The notes beneath the pieces were generated by a model that ran no database searches, was not told where the DNA came from, and saw only the letters and a program-made list of their open reading frames with translations. 64,000 nucleotides of DNA from Betaproteobacteria bacterium (lineage in GTDB: Bacteria > Pseudomonadota > Gammaproteobacteria > Burkholderiales > CAIKXV01), in NCBI GenBank assembly GCA_947458265.1, contig CANGYF010000008.1, forward strand, positions 36,993 through 100,992, read 5' to 3'. The position numbers and the translations under genes were made by a program. Shown here one piece after another: positions 51,343-58,921 of this stretch. Positions within the stretch are counted from its first letter, which is position 1. The number at the start of each line of letters is the position of its first letter.

Positions 51343-52197
51343 TCACCGCAGTTCCTCCACCTTGAGCAGGACCCGGCGTTCCGACGCCGTCAAGGCACCC
51401 GCACGGCCGAGCAGCACCGACTGCCGGTCGTCGCTGCTGCGCGCGCTGCCGCCCAGGTCGATCCACTCGCCGAGGCGTCCGCGTACGGTGGTGGCGATCT
51501 GCTGGGTGTCGACGCTGCCCGGCAGCGGGCCGGACGCGACGGACTGGCGTTGCGGCAGGATGTCGAGGAACACTTCATCGCCGGACAGCCGTGCGACCAC
51601 CTGGAAACCGGTGGACACCTCTCGATACTCGACCGAATCGACTGCCTGCACCCCGGCCGGTCCACGCACGATCTGGCGTACCGGCACCGGAATGGAACGA
51701 CCCGCATGGATCATCGCCGGCTGCCCTTCCAGCGCCTGCACCTGCTGGTTCGCACGATCGGAGCCACTGCGGGTGGTCGAGTACACCTGCACGCCTGCCC
51801 CGGTGCCCGGCGGCGGATTGCCGATCGAGACCTCGCCGCGCCCGATCGCGGCGCGTCCGGACGCGGCAACACCATCGGCCGCGGAGACGGTGTCTGCGTC
51901 CTGGCGCACGCTGATCAGCAGGCGCCTCGGCAGGGTGTCGATACGCTCGAGCACGGCACGGATCTCGGCCAGGTTCTGCGGCGTCGTGTGCACGATCAAC
52001 TGGTTCTGGATGCCGCTGACCGTACCCGGCGGCGGCACCAGCGGTCGCACCAGCGGCACCATCTGCTCCGCCGTCCGGTAGCGCAGCGGCAGGATTCCCA
52101 TCACGAGCGGTTGGGCGAGTGCCGGCGGCGGCTGGATCCCCACCAGCATCAGGATGAACGTCGTGAGGGCCAGTCGGCCGGAGCGGATCTTCCACAT
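51343..52197 (-). CDS. short secretin-like outer-membrane protein (one Secretin_N/NolW-like domain plus a compact secretin-type C-domain)
   Basis: ATG at codon 25 of track ORF 51343-52269 gives a 284-aa product with signal peptide LMLVGIQPPPALAQP. The N-domain pattern is ILPLRYRTAEQMVPLVRPLV...IQNQLIVHTTPQNLAEIRAVLERID. The C-domain pattern is QVQALEGQPAMIHAGRSIPV...VEYREVSTGFQVVARLSGDEVFLDI...TTVRGRLGEWIDLGG. Confidence 0.6.
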   Translation of the reverse strand: MWKIRSGRLALTTFILMLVGIQPPPALAQPLVMGILPLRYRTAEQMVPLVRPLVPPPGTVSGIQNQLIVHTTPQNLAEIRAVLERIDTLPRRLLISVRQDADTVSAADGVAASGRAAIGRGEVSIGNPPPGTGAGVQVYSTTRSGSDRANQQVQALEGQPAMIHAGRSIPVPVRQIVRGPAGVQAVDSVEYREVSTGFQVVARLSGDEVFLDILPQRQSVASGPLPGSVDTQQIATTVRGRLGEWIDLGGSARSSDDRQSVLLGRAGALTASERRVLLKVEELR

Positions 52198-52386
52198 CGT
52201 GTCCTCCCGGCCTCCCCTTGGTGGCGGCGGCCTGATCAGAAGGCCCTGGGCGCCGCGGCGGTTTGCCATCGACGATGGGCTGTGGCATCCTCCGCCGCGT
52301 TCGCAAAGGCAGTCATTGGCGGACGGCAGGTGAAGGATGACCGGGGGGTCAGGTACTGTCCGATAGTGCCGAAAAAATCAGATTTC

Positions 52387-52403
52387 TGCTTGATTATCAA
52401 GCA
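52387..52403. promoter_or_regulatory. perfect 17-nt palindrome TGCTTGAT-T-ATCAAGCA (operator or 5'-UTR hairpin candidate)
   Basis: Read directly from the sequence. It lies in an AT-rich patch, 22 nt upstream of the NlpC/P60 ATG and upstream of the AAAGGA ribosome-binding site. Confidence 0.35.
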
Positions 52404-52425
52404 TCTCTGAAAGGATCTTCAGAAA

Positions 52426-53001
52426 ATGCCTTTTGTTGCCGTCCGCTCTGCAGGGTCATCGACAGCATGCCGCGCCCGTCGCACCCTCGCCCTGCTCGTC
52501 CTCGGTACAGTGCTCTCTCTGCCGGCAGTCGACCGTGCGCACGCGCAGGATGCAAAGCCTGACGGTACCACCACGGTCGTCACCGAGGTCGCAGCCCCGC
52601 AGAGTCTGGCAGACCGGGCACTGAGCTCGGCGCAGGAACTGGTGATGCAGGCCATCGGGATGATCGGCATCCGCTACACCTTCGGTGGCCGCAATCCGGA
52701 CACCGGCTTCGACTGCAGCGGACTCGTCCGCTACGTGTTTGACCGCGTGACCGGCCGCTCGCTGCCGCACAACTCGTTCGAGATGGCCCGGATGGGTACC
52801 AGCGTCAGCCAGCACGAACTGCAGCCGGGCGACCTCGTGTTCTTCAACACCCGCGGCCAGCGGTTCTCGCACGTCGGGATCTACGTCGGCGAAGGACGCT
52901 TCATCCATGCGCCCAGCCGTGGCGGCCGCGTGCATATCGTGAATATGGGCGACCGTTACTGGGTCAGCCGTTTCAACGGAGCGCGTCGCCTGGCGGTTTG
53001 A
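52426..53001 (+). CDS. C40 family peptidase (NlpC/P60 cell-wall hydrolase)
   Basis: 191-aa ORF with a signal peptide, the catalytic Cys context GFDCSGLVRYVF and the His context HVGIYVGEGRFIHAP. Confidence 0.85.
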   Translation: MPFVAVRSAGSSTACRARRTLALLVLGTVLSLPAVDRAHAQDAKPDGTTTVVTEVAAPQSLADRALSSAQELVMQAIGMIGIRYTFGGRNPDTGFDCSGLVRYVFDRVTGRSLPHNSFEMARMGTSVSQHELQPGDLVFFNTRGQRFSHVGIYVGEGRFIHAPSRGGRVHIVNMGDRYWVSRFNGARRLAV

Positions 53002-54052
53002 GCCGGCGGGTCGCCGCCTCGATCCGGCGCCGGATCTCGGGAAGCGCCTCTTTCGCGGCGCGCTGTCCCTGCGCGATCGCAAGTTTCCGGCTGTCGAAAT
53101 CGGTCGGACGCAGCTGGCCGATCGCCGGCCGTATCACCACGTCGGCCTCTGCCAGCTCCGCTGCACCCAGCCCCCGACCCATGATGGTGAAGGTCTGCAG
53201 CAGGATATCGATCGAGTCGCCCAGGCGGGCGAACTGGGGCTGGCTCGAGATGTCGACCGCGATCACCAGGTCGGCACCCAGCGCGCGTGCAGCGCGTACC
53301 GGTATCGGATGCGTCAGGCCACCATCGACCATCTGGCGATCGCCGATCGAGACAGGGCGGAACACGCCTGGTACCGCGCTGGACGCACGAACCGCCAGCC
53401 CGGTATCGCCGCGTCGGTAGATCACGCCCTCCCCGCTCTGGAGGTCGGTGGCGACTGCAGCAAAGCGGATGTTCAGCTTCTCGATCGGGCGATCCTGCAC
53501 GGCACGATTGACGAACGCCTGCAGCCGCTCGCCGCGCACGAAACCGCGATCGGGCAACGCGAAGTCGCGCACGTCCGCCTCCGCCAGCTGCCCGGCGATG
53601 CGCAGCAGGTCGGGCGAACGATAGCCGGCGGCATAGATCGCACCGACGACTGCCCCGGCGCTGGTACCCGTGACGAACTCCGGCAGGATACCGGCCTGCT
53701 CGAGCACCATGATGACGCCGACATGGGCGAACCCGCGCGCAGCGCCGCCGCCAAGGGCAAGTCCGATCCGCGGAGCCACCGCCAGCGGCTCGGCGCGCGG
53801 CTGCTGGGGCGGCGGCGCTGGCGGCAGTTGCCCTTCCGGCGCGCGCGCCGGCGGTGGCAGCGCCACTGCGGACGGCGGGCTGCCCGTCGGGACCGATGGC
53901 GGAACAGCACCTGTCGGCGCGTCACCGGGCGGCGTGGCGCCCCGCGCAGGCCCGCCCGGCACCTGTGCGCAACCGGCCACGACCAGGCACAGCGCCACCG
54001 CGGCACCGGCCATGCGTTGCCTGACCCACCCGTCAATGCGAATCTTTATCAT
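52973..54052 (-). CDS. patatin-like phospholipase family lipoprotein (RssA/YchK-like)
   Basis: 359-aa ORF with lipobox LVVAGC and a Pro-rich linker. It has the oxyanion GGGAARG, the nucleophile GTSAG and a DGG catalytic Asp. An alternative start lies at 54013. Confidence 0.85.
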   Translation of the reverse strand: MIKIRIDGWVRQRMAGAAVALCLVVAGCAQVPGGPARGATPPGDAPTGAVPPSVPTGSPPSAVALPPPARAPEGQLPPAPPPQQPRAEPLAVAPRIGLALGGGAARGFAHVGVIMVLEQAGILPEFVTGTSAGAVVGAIYAAGYRSPDLLRIAGQLAEADVRDFALPDRGFVRGERLQAFVNRAVQDRPIEKLNIRFAAVATDLQSGEGVIYRRGDTGLAVRASSAVPGVFRPVSIGDRQMVDGGLTHPIPVRAARALGADLVIAVDISSQPQFARLGDSIDILLQTFTIMGRGLGAAELAEADVVIRPAIGQLRPTDFDSRKLAIAQGQRAAKEALPEIRRRIEAATRRLKPPGDALR

Positions 54053-54056
54053 TTAC
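54038..54056 (+). promoter_or_regulatory. Fur-box-like operator, site A (GCGAATCTTTATCATTTAC)
   Basis: By my count, 15 of 19 positions are identical to site B at 57707-57725. Its reverse complement matches 13 of 19 positions of GATAATGATAATCATTATC. It overlaps the -35-like TTTACA of the iron-binding protein gene and the annotated patatin start codon. Confidence 0.45.
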
Positions 54057-54081
54057 AAACGAGAATCCTTCTTGTTAGTAT
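54052..54081 (+). promoter_or_regulatory. sigma-70 type promoter candidate for the iron ABC substrate-binding protein gene (TTTACA-N18-TAGTAT)
   Basis: Hexamers lie at 54052-54057 and 54076-54081. The -10 element ends 78 nt upstream of the ATG at 54160. Confidence 0.3.
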
Positions 54082-54159
54082 CGTCTCGAAAACGCAGGCG
54101 CCCCCGCAGCAACAGCGCGCGCTGCTTCCAGACATCCCCATCCAGAGATCGAGGATTCC

Positions 54160-55218
54160 ATGCGCATCAAACTGATTCCCCGCAAGCTGTCGGTGCCTCT
54201 GGCCGGCGCACTGTGCGCGCTCGCCGCCCTGCTGGCACCCGCGCCAGCCATGGCACAGGCCGACAAGGTACTGAACCTCTACACGGCACGCCATTATCAG
54301 ACAGACGAGGCGCTCTACACCGGCTTCACCCGCAAGACCGGCATCAAGGTGAACCGGATCGAGGCCGGGGAAGACGCGCTCCTGGAGCGCGTGCGCAGCG
54401 AGGGGCGCAACAGCCCTGCAGACGTGTTCATCACGGTGGACGCCGGCCGCCTCTGGCGGGCCGAACAGTTCGACCTGTTCCAGCCGCTCGACTCGCCGGT
54501 GCTGAATGCGAGGATCCCTGCCCAGTTGCGTACGCCCACCGGTACCTGGTTCGGGTTCTCCACCCGCGCGCGGGTGATCGCCTACAACCGCAAGACGGTC
54601 CGGCCGGAAGAAGTGGCGACCTACGAGGACCTCGCCCATCCGCGCCTCAAGGGCAGGATCTGCATCCGCGCCAGCAACCATGTGTACAACCTGTCGCTGA
54701 TGGCCTCGATGATCGAGCGCCTCGGCGAGGCCAGGGCCGAGGAATGGGCACGCGGCGTGGTGGCCAACCTCGCCCGCTCGCCGCGCGGCGGCGATACCGA
54801 CCAGCTTCTGGGCGTCGGCGCCGGGGAATGCGATGTCGCGGTGGTCAACACCTATTACTATGTGCGCCTGATGAAGTCGACGCGACCGCAGGACCGCCAG
54901 TTGATCGAACGGGTCGCGGTGTCCTTCCCGAACCAGGCATCTTCGGGTACACATGTGAACGTATCGGGCGCCGGCATGCTTCGCACCGCGCCGAATCCGG
55001 CAGCCGCGCGCCTGTTCCTCGAGTATCTCGCCAGCGATGAAGCACAGATCTATTTCGCGGATGGCAACAACGAATGGCCGGTGGTGTCGACCGCCGTCGC
55101 CCGGAACCCCGAACTGGCTTCGCTCGGAAAGTTCAAGGCAGAGTCGTTCAACATCGGCGTGCTCGGCCGCAACCAGCCCCTGGCGCAGAAGATCCTCGAC
55201 CGCGTCGGCTGGAAGTAA
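54160..55218 (+). CDS. Fe(3+) ABC transporter substrate-binding protein (FbpA/AfuA-like)
   Basis: 352-aa ORF with a signal peptide ending APAMAQA. It contains LNLYTARHYQTDEALY and DVFITVDAGRLWRAE, typical of ferric-binding periplasmic proteins. Confidence 0.85.
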   Translation: MRIKLIPRKLSVPLAGALCALAALLAPAPAMAQADKVLNLYTARHYQTDEALYTGFTRKTGIKVNRIEAGEDALLERVRSEGRNSPADVFITVDAGRLWRAEQFDLFQPLDSPVLNARIPAQLRTPTGTWFGFSTRARVIAYNRKTVRPEEVATYEDLAHPRLKGRICIRASNHVYNLSLMASMIERLGEARAEEWARGVVANLARSPRGGDTDQLLGVGAGECDVAVVNTYYYVRLMKSTRPQDRQLIERVAVSFPNQASSGTHVNVSGAGMLRTAPNPAAARLFLEYLASDEAQIYFADGNNEWPVVSTAVARNPELASLGKFKAESFNIGVLGRNQPLAQKILDRVGWK

Positions 55219-55239
55219 CCGGCTGGCAGGACTGGCGCC

Positions 55240-55977
55240 GTGATCCGCCCGGCCCGGTCCGCGCGCAGCCTGCGGCGCAGCATGCTGCTGTGCGCCACAG
55301 GTTTGCTGCTACCGGCCGCGGCGGGTCTCCACGCTTCCCGCCCGGTGCCCGCCGCGGCGACAGCGTACGCGACCGGCGCACCGGAAATGCTGGGCCTGTC
55401 GCTCGGCATGCCGCTCGAAGCCGCCGTACGGGTCGTGCAGGCGATGGCGCCAGCGGGGAGCGTGACGCTGCCAGCGGTGCGACGCGACACCGTCATGCTC
55501 GTCCGGATAGAAGCGCCGTCCGCCCTCGCCGCCCCGGCCGACGACGCGAAGAAGGATTCCAACTTCTATGTGATGCTGAACAGTGCACCACGCATCCTGA
55601 AGGCACAGTCCTCCCGCTCGAGCCATGTGCCGTTCGTGACACTGGTCGCCGGGGAGCGCGACCGGCGGCTGGTGCGCATCGTCTTCGAGCCGGCTTTCGT
55701 GTACTGGCCCGACGGCTATGACGCCAGCCGGCGTACCGCGTGGGACCTGGCCGACCGCCTGCGCGAGCGCTACAGGGTCGAAGTCGAACTGCTGCCCGCC
55801 GATGCCGGCCGGCGAACGGGGCAGGCGGGCGCGGCTGGCGGCCCGGCAGAACAGGGACTCGCCACCCGGATGCAGCCGGGCTGGGCGCTGCGGGTGAATG
55901 CAGCCCGCAAATCGATCGTGCTGTCGGATGTCAGGCAGTTGCCGGACGCGTTTGCGAGCCGGCTGCAACTGGACTGA
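55240..55977 (+). CDS. hypothetical exported protein
   Basis: 245-aa ORF with a GTG start 21 nt after the binding-protein gene. It has a signal-peptide-like N-terminus, and third codon positions look strongly G/C-biased by eye. I recognise no family. Its 3' end overlaps the convergent permease gene by 47 nt. Confidence 0.45.
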   Translation: MIRPARSARSLRRSMLLCATGLLLPAAAGLHASRPVPAAATAYATGAPEMLGLSLGMPLEAAVRVVQAMAPAGSVTLPAVRRDTVMLVRIEAPSALAAPADDAKKDSNFYVMLNSAPRILKAQSSRSSHVPFVTLVAGERDRRLVRIVFEPAFVYWPDGYDASRRTAWDLADRLRERYRVEVELLPADAGRRTGQAGAAGGPAEQGLATRMQPGWALRVNAARKSIVLSDVRQLPDAFASRLQLD

Positions 55978-57613
55978 CCGGTGCGATACGAATACGCATC
56001 GTACGGGTGAGCAGCATCACCGGCAGCATGCCGACGGCGACGATCACAAGGGATGCGACCGCTGCCTGGCCCAGGCGTTCGTCCGAGGCGAAGGTATAGG
56101 CCTGGGTGGCCAGCGTGTCGAAGTTGAACGGCCGGATCACCAGCGTGGCCGGCAACTCCTTCATGACGTCGACGAACACCAGCAGCGCGGCGGTCAGCAG
56201 GCTGGTCCACATCAGCGGCCGGTGCACGCGCCAGAGGGTGGCCATTGCGCCGAGGCCGAGCGAGCGTGCCGCATCATCCATCGAGCGCGTGATCTTGCCC
56301 AGCCCGGCATCGATCGCCTCCTGTGCCACGCCGAGGAAGCGAACCAGGTATGCGTAGACCAGCGCGGCGACCGTGCCGGTGAACAGCAACCCGGTGGCGA
56401 GGCCGAACCGCTCGCGCATCAGGGCATCGAGCCAGTTGTCGAGCGTCGCGAGCGGGATCAGGATGCCCACCGCGATCACCGCTCCGGGCACCGCATAGCC
56501 GAGTCCGACCACGCGGTTCGCGGCGAGCGTGATCCGGCTGCGGTGCAGCCGCAGCGCGTAGGCAAGTGCGGTGGCGACCAGCACGGCCAGCACCGCAGTG
56601 ACCCCGGCCAGCGTGAAGCTGTTGCCCGCCAGCCTGGCATAGACCGCGATCGAGTGGTCGCCCCGGGCTTCGATCGCCAGGTGCAGCAGCGTCGCCGCCG
56701 GCAGCAGGAACCCGACGGTCACCGGCAACAGGCAGGCCAGCACCGCGAGCACCGATGCCCAGCCACCCAGCCGCAGGGGCATCACTGGCCGGCTGCGACC
56801 ACCCACGGTCGCATAGCTCGCCCGGCCGCGGGTCGTCCGCTCGAGCAGCAGCACGATCAGCACGAACGACAGCAGCGCGCATGCCAGTTGCGCTGCAGCC
56901 AGGCGATCGCCGAGCGACAGCCATGCCCGGTAGATGCCGGTGGTGAAGGTCTGCACCGAGAAGTAGGAGACGGTGCCGTAGTCGGCGAGCGTCTCCATCG
57001 CGGCAAGCGCGACGCCGCCAGCGATCGCCGGACGTGCCAGCGGCAGCGACAACCGGAAGAACGTCGCCCAAGGCCCGAAGCCCAGACTGCGGCTCACCTC
57101 CAGCACGCTGCCCGAGCGTTCGGCGAATGCGGTACGTGCGAGCAGGTACACATAGGGATAGAGCACGAACACGAACATCGCCGCGGCACCGCCGACCGAA
57201 CGGATCTCCGGGAACCAGTAGTCCTGCCGGCCCCAGCCGAAGGTGTCGCGCAGCAGGGTCTGGACCGGGCCGGTGAACTGCAGCAGGTCCGTGTATGCGT
57301 AGGCCATCACGTAGGCCGGCATCGCGAGCGGCAGCACCAGCAGCCATTCGAACAGGCGCCGCCCGGGGAAATCGAGCATCGTCACCAGCCATGCGGCACC
57401 CACGCCGATCGCCGCCACTCCGACCCCGACCGCGAGCAGCAGGACCAGCGTGTTCACGACATAGTCCCCGAGCACTGTGGCTATCAGGTGGCGCCAGACC
57501 TCGCCGGTACCGGTGCTGAGCAGGCTGGATACCACCGACAGCACCGGCACCGAGGCGACCAGGGCCAGCATCAGGGCAAGCAGGACCAGCGGAGACTTCA
57601 GCGCGCGCGGCAT
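55931..57613 (-). CDS. iron ABC transporter permease (FbpB-like, duplicated BPD_transp_1 domains)
   Basis: 560-aa polytopic ORF with two internal permease repeats, each carrying an EAA-like loop (SMDDAARSLG and EVSRSLG). Confidence 0.85.
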   Translation of the reverse strand: MPRALKSPLVLLALMLALVASVPVLSVVSSLLSTGTGEVWRHLIATVLGDYVVNTLVLLLAVGVGVAAIGVGAAWLVTMLDFPGRRLFEWLLVLPLAMPAYVMAYAYTDLLQFTGPVQTLLRDTFGWGRQDYWFPEIRSVGGAAAMFVFVLYPYVYLLARTAFAERSGSVLEVSRSLGFGPWATFFRLSLPLARPAIAGGVALAAMETLADYGTVSYFSVQTFTTGIYRAWLSLGDRLAAAQLACALLSFVLIVLLLERTTRGRASYATVGGRSRPVMPLRLGGWASVLAVLACLLPVTVGFLLPAATLLHLAIEARGDHSIAVYARLAGNSFTLAGVTAVLAVLVATALAYALRLHRSRITLAANRVVGLGYAVPGAVIAVGILIPLATLDNWLDALMRERFGLATGLLFTGTVAALVYAYLVRFLGVAQEAIDAGLGKITRSMDDAARSLGLGAMATLWRVHRPLMWTSLLTAALLVFVDVMKELPATLVIRPFNFDTLATQAYTFASDERLGQAAVASLVIVAVGMLPVMLLTRTMRIRIAPVSPVAAGSQTRPATA

Positions 57614-57695
57614 CGTTGCGGCACCGCGCCAGCGTCGAGCGGCACGCGGCGAGGTGGCGAATTGGAACTGGACGCGGATTCTGCCCCAGCTCCGC

Positions 57696-57701
57696 TATAA
57701 T
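57696..57701 (+). promoter_or_regulatory. perfect TATAAT -10 hexamer upstream of the iron ABC ATPase gene
   Basis: CGCTATAATG lies 50 nt upstream of the ATG at 57752, with Fur-like site B beginning 6 nt downstream. I found no good -35. Confidence 0.35.
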
Positions 57702-57706
57702 GAAAA

Positions 57707-57725
57707 GCGAATCGTTCTCATTCAA
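57707..57725 (+). promoter_or_regulatory. Fur-box-like operator, site B (GCGAATCGTTCTCATTCAA)
   Basis: 15 of 19 positions are identical to site A, and its reverse complement matches 11 of 19 positions of the E. coli Fur consensus. It lies in the 138-nt divergent spacer between the permease and ATPase genes. Confidence 0.45.
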
Positions 57726-57751
57726 GCAGGCCCTACCGCGCCCTCCGGACA

Positions 57752-58921
57752 ATGGATCCCGTCCTCCGCTTCGAACAGGTCAGCCATGCCTACGGCCCGG
57801 TCGCCGTGTTCGACGACCTGTCGTTCACGCTCGCGCGCGGCCAGATCGGCTGCCTGCTCGGCGCAAGCGGCTGCGGCAAGACGACCGTCCTGCGCTGCAT
57901 CGCCGGCTTCGAGCCGGTGGTAGCCGGCCGGATCCTGATCAACGGCATCGAGGTCGCCCGACCCGGTTGGCAGGTGCCGCCGGAGAAGCGGCAGGTCGGC
58001 ATGGTGTTCCAGGACTATGCGCTGTTCCCGCACCTGACCGTGGCCGGCAACATCGGCTTCGGGCTGCGCGGCGTGACCGCGTCGCAGCGCGCGGCCCGCG
58101 TGGCCGAACTGCTCGATGTGATCGGCCTGACCGACTCGGGTGGTCGCTTTCCGCACGAGCTGTCCGGTGGACAGCAGCAGCGCGTGGCCCTCGCCCGCGC
58201 CCTTGCCCCGCGTCCGGAGCTGCTGCTGCTCGACGAGCCGTTCTCCAACCTCGATGTCGAGATGCGCGAGCGTCTGGGCCAGGAGGTTCGGGAGATCCTG
58301 AAGCAGCAAGGCACGACGGCGATCCTGGTCACCCACGACCAGTCGGAAGCCTTCGCGGTCGCCGACGAGATCGGCATCCTGCACCAAGGGCGGCTGGCGC
58401 AGTGGGATACCCCGTACAACCTGTACCACCGCCCGGCCAACCACATGGTCGCCGACTTCATCGGCAAGGGCGTTTTCCTGTCCGGCGTCGTGCTGGAAGA
58501 CCACCGTATCGACATCGGCATCGGCAAACTCACCGGCGACCTGCCCGGCGAATGCGGCAAGGGCTGCGCCGGCTGCGAGAACGCCTGTGACGTCGAGGTG
58601 CTGCTGCGTCCGGACGATATCGTGCATGACGATGCCAGCCCGCTGAAGGCGCGAGTCGTGCACAAGGCCTTCAGGGGGGCCGACATCCTGTACACCCTGG
58701 CCCTGCCCGACGGCCGCGAGGCACTGTCAGTGGTGCCCAGCCACCACAACCATGCGATCGGCGAGCAGATCGGCATACGGGTGGAGGCCGATCACGTGAT
58801 CGTGTTCCGGCGCGAGGCACGGAGCGTAGCGCCGTCCGCGCCGCGCACGAATGACTCCAGCGGCCCGCGCCCGGCCCAGGCCAGCCAGGCGCGCGCCAGC
58901 AGCACTGCCGCAAACCAGTAG
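57752..58921 (+). CDS. ABC transporter ATP-binding protein (FbpC/PotA-like iron importer ATPase)
   Basis: 389-aa ORF with Walker A GASGCGKTT, signature LSGGQQQR and Walker B LLLDEPFSNLD, plus a TOBE-like C-domain. The last 34 or so residues look like read-through low-complexity sequence. Confidence 0.85.
   Translation: MDPVLRFEQVSHAYGPVAVFDDLSFTLARGQIGCLLGASGCGKTTVLRCIAGFEPVVAGRILINGIEVARPGWQVPPEKRQVGMVFQDYALFPHLTVAGNIGFGLRGVTASQRAARVAELLDVIGLTDSGGRFPHELSGGQQQRVALARALAPRPELLLLDEPFSNLDVEMRERLGQEVREILKQQGTTAILVTHDQSEAFAVADEIGILHQGRLAQWDTPYNLYHRPANHMVADFIGKGVFLSGVVLEDHRIDIGIGKLTGDLPGECGKGCAGCENACDVEVLLRPDDIVHDDASPLKARVVHKAFRGADILYTLALPDGREALSVVPSHHNHAIGEQIGIRVEADHVIVFRREARSVAPSAPRTNDSSGPRPAQASQARASSTAANQ

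Noticed and set aside
52973-53001. 29-nt convergent overlap of the NlpC/P60 and patatin-like genes
   Set aside because: Short 3'-end overlaps of convergent genes are common in compact GC-rich genomes, and nothing suggests a regulatory antisense function.
52973-54052. Patatin-like phospholipase as a CBASS-type or other defence effector
   Set aside because: It has a lipoprotein signal peptide and a Pro-rich tether like RssA/YchK-type envelope proteins. No cyclase, sensor or other defence genes are adjacent.
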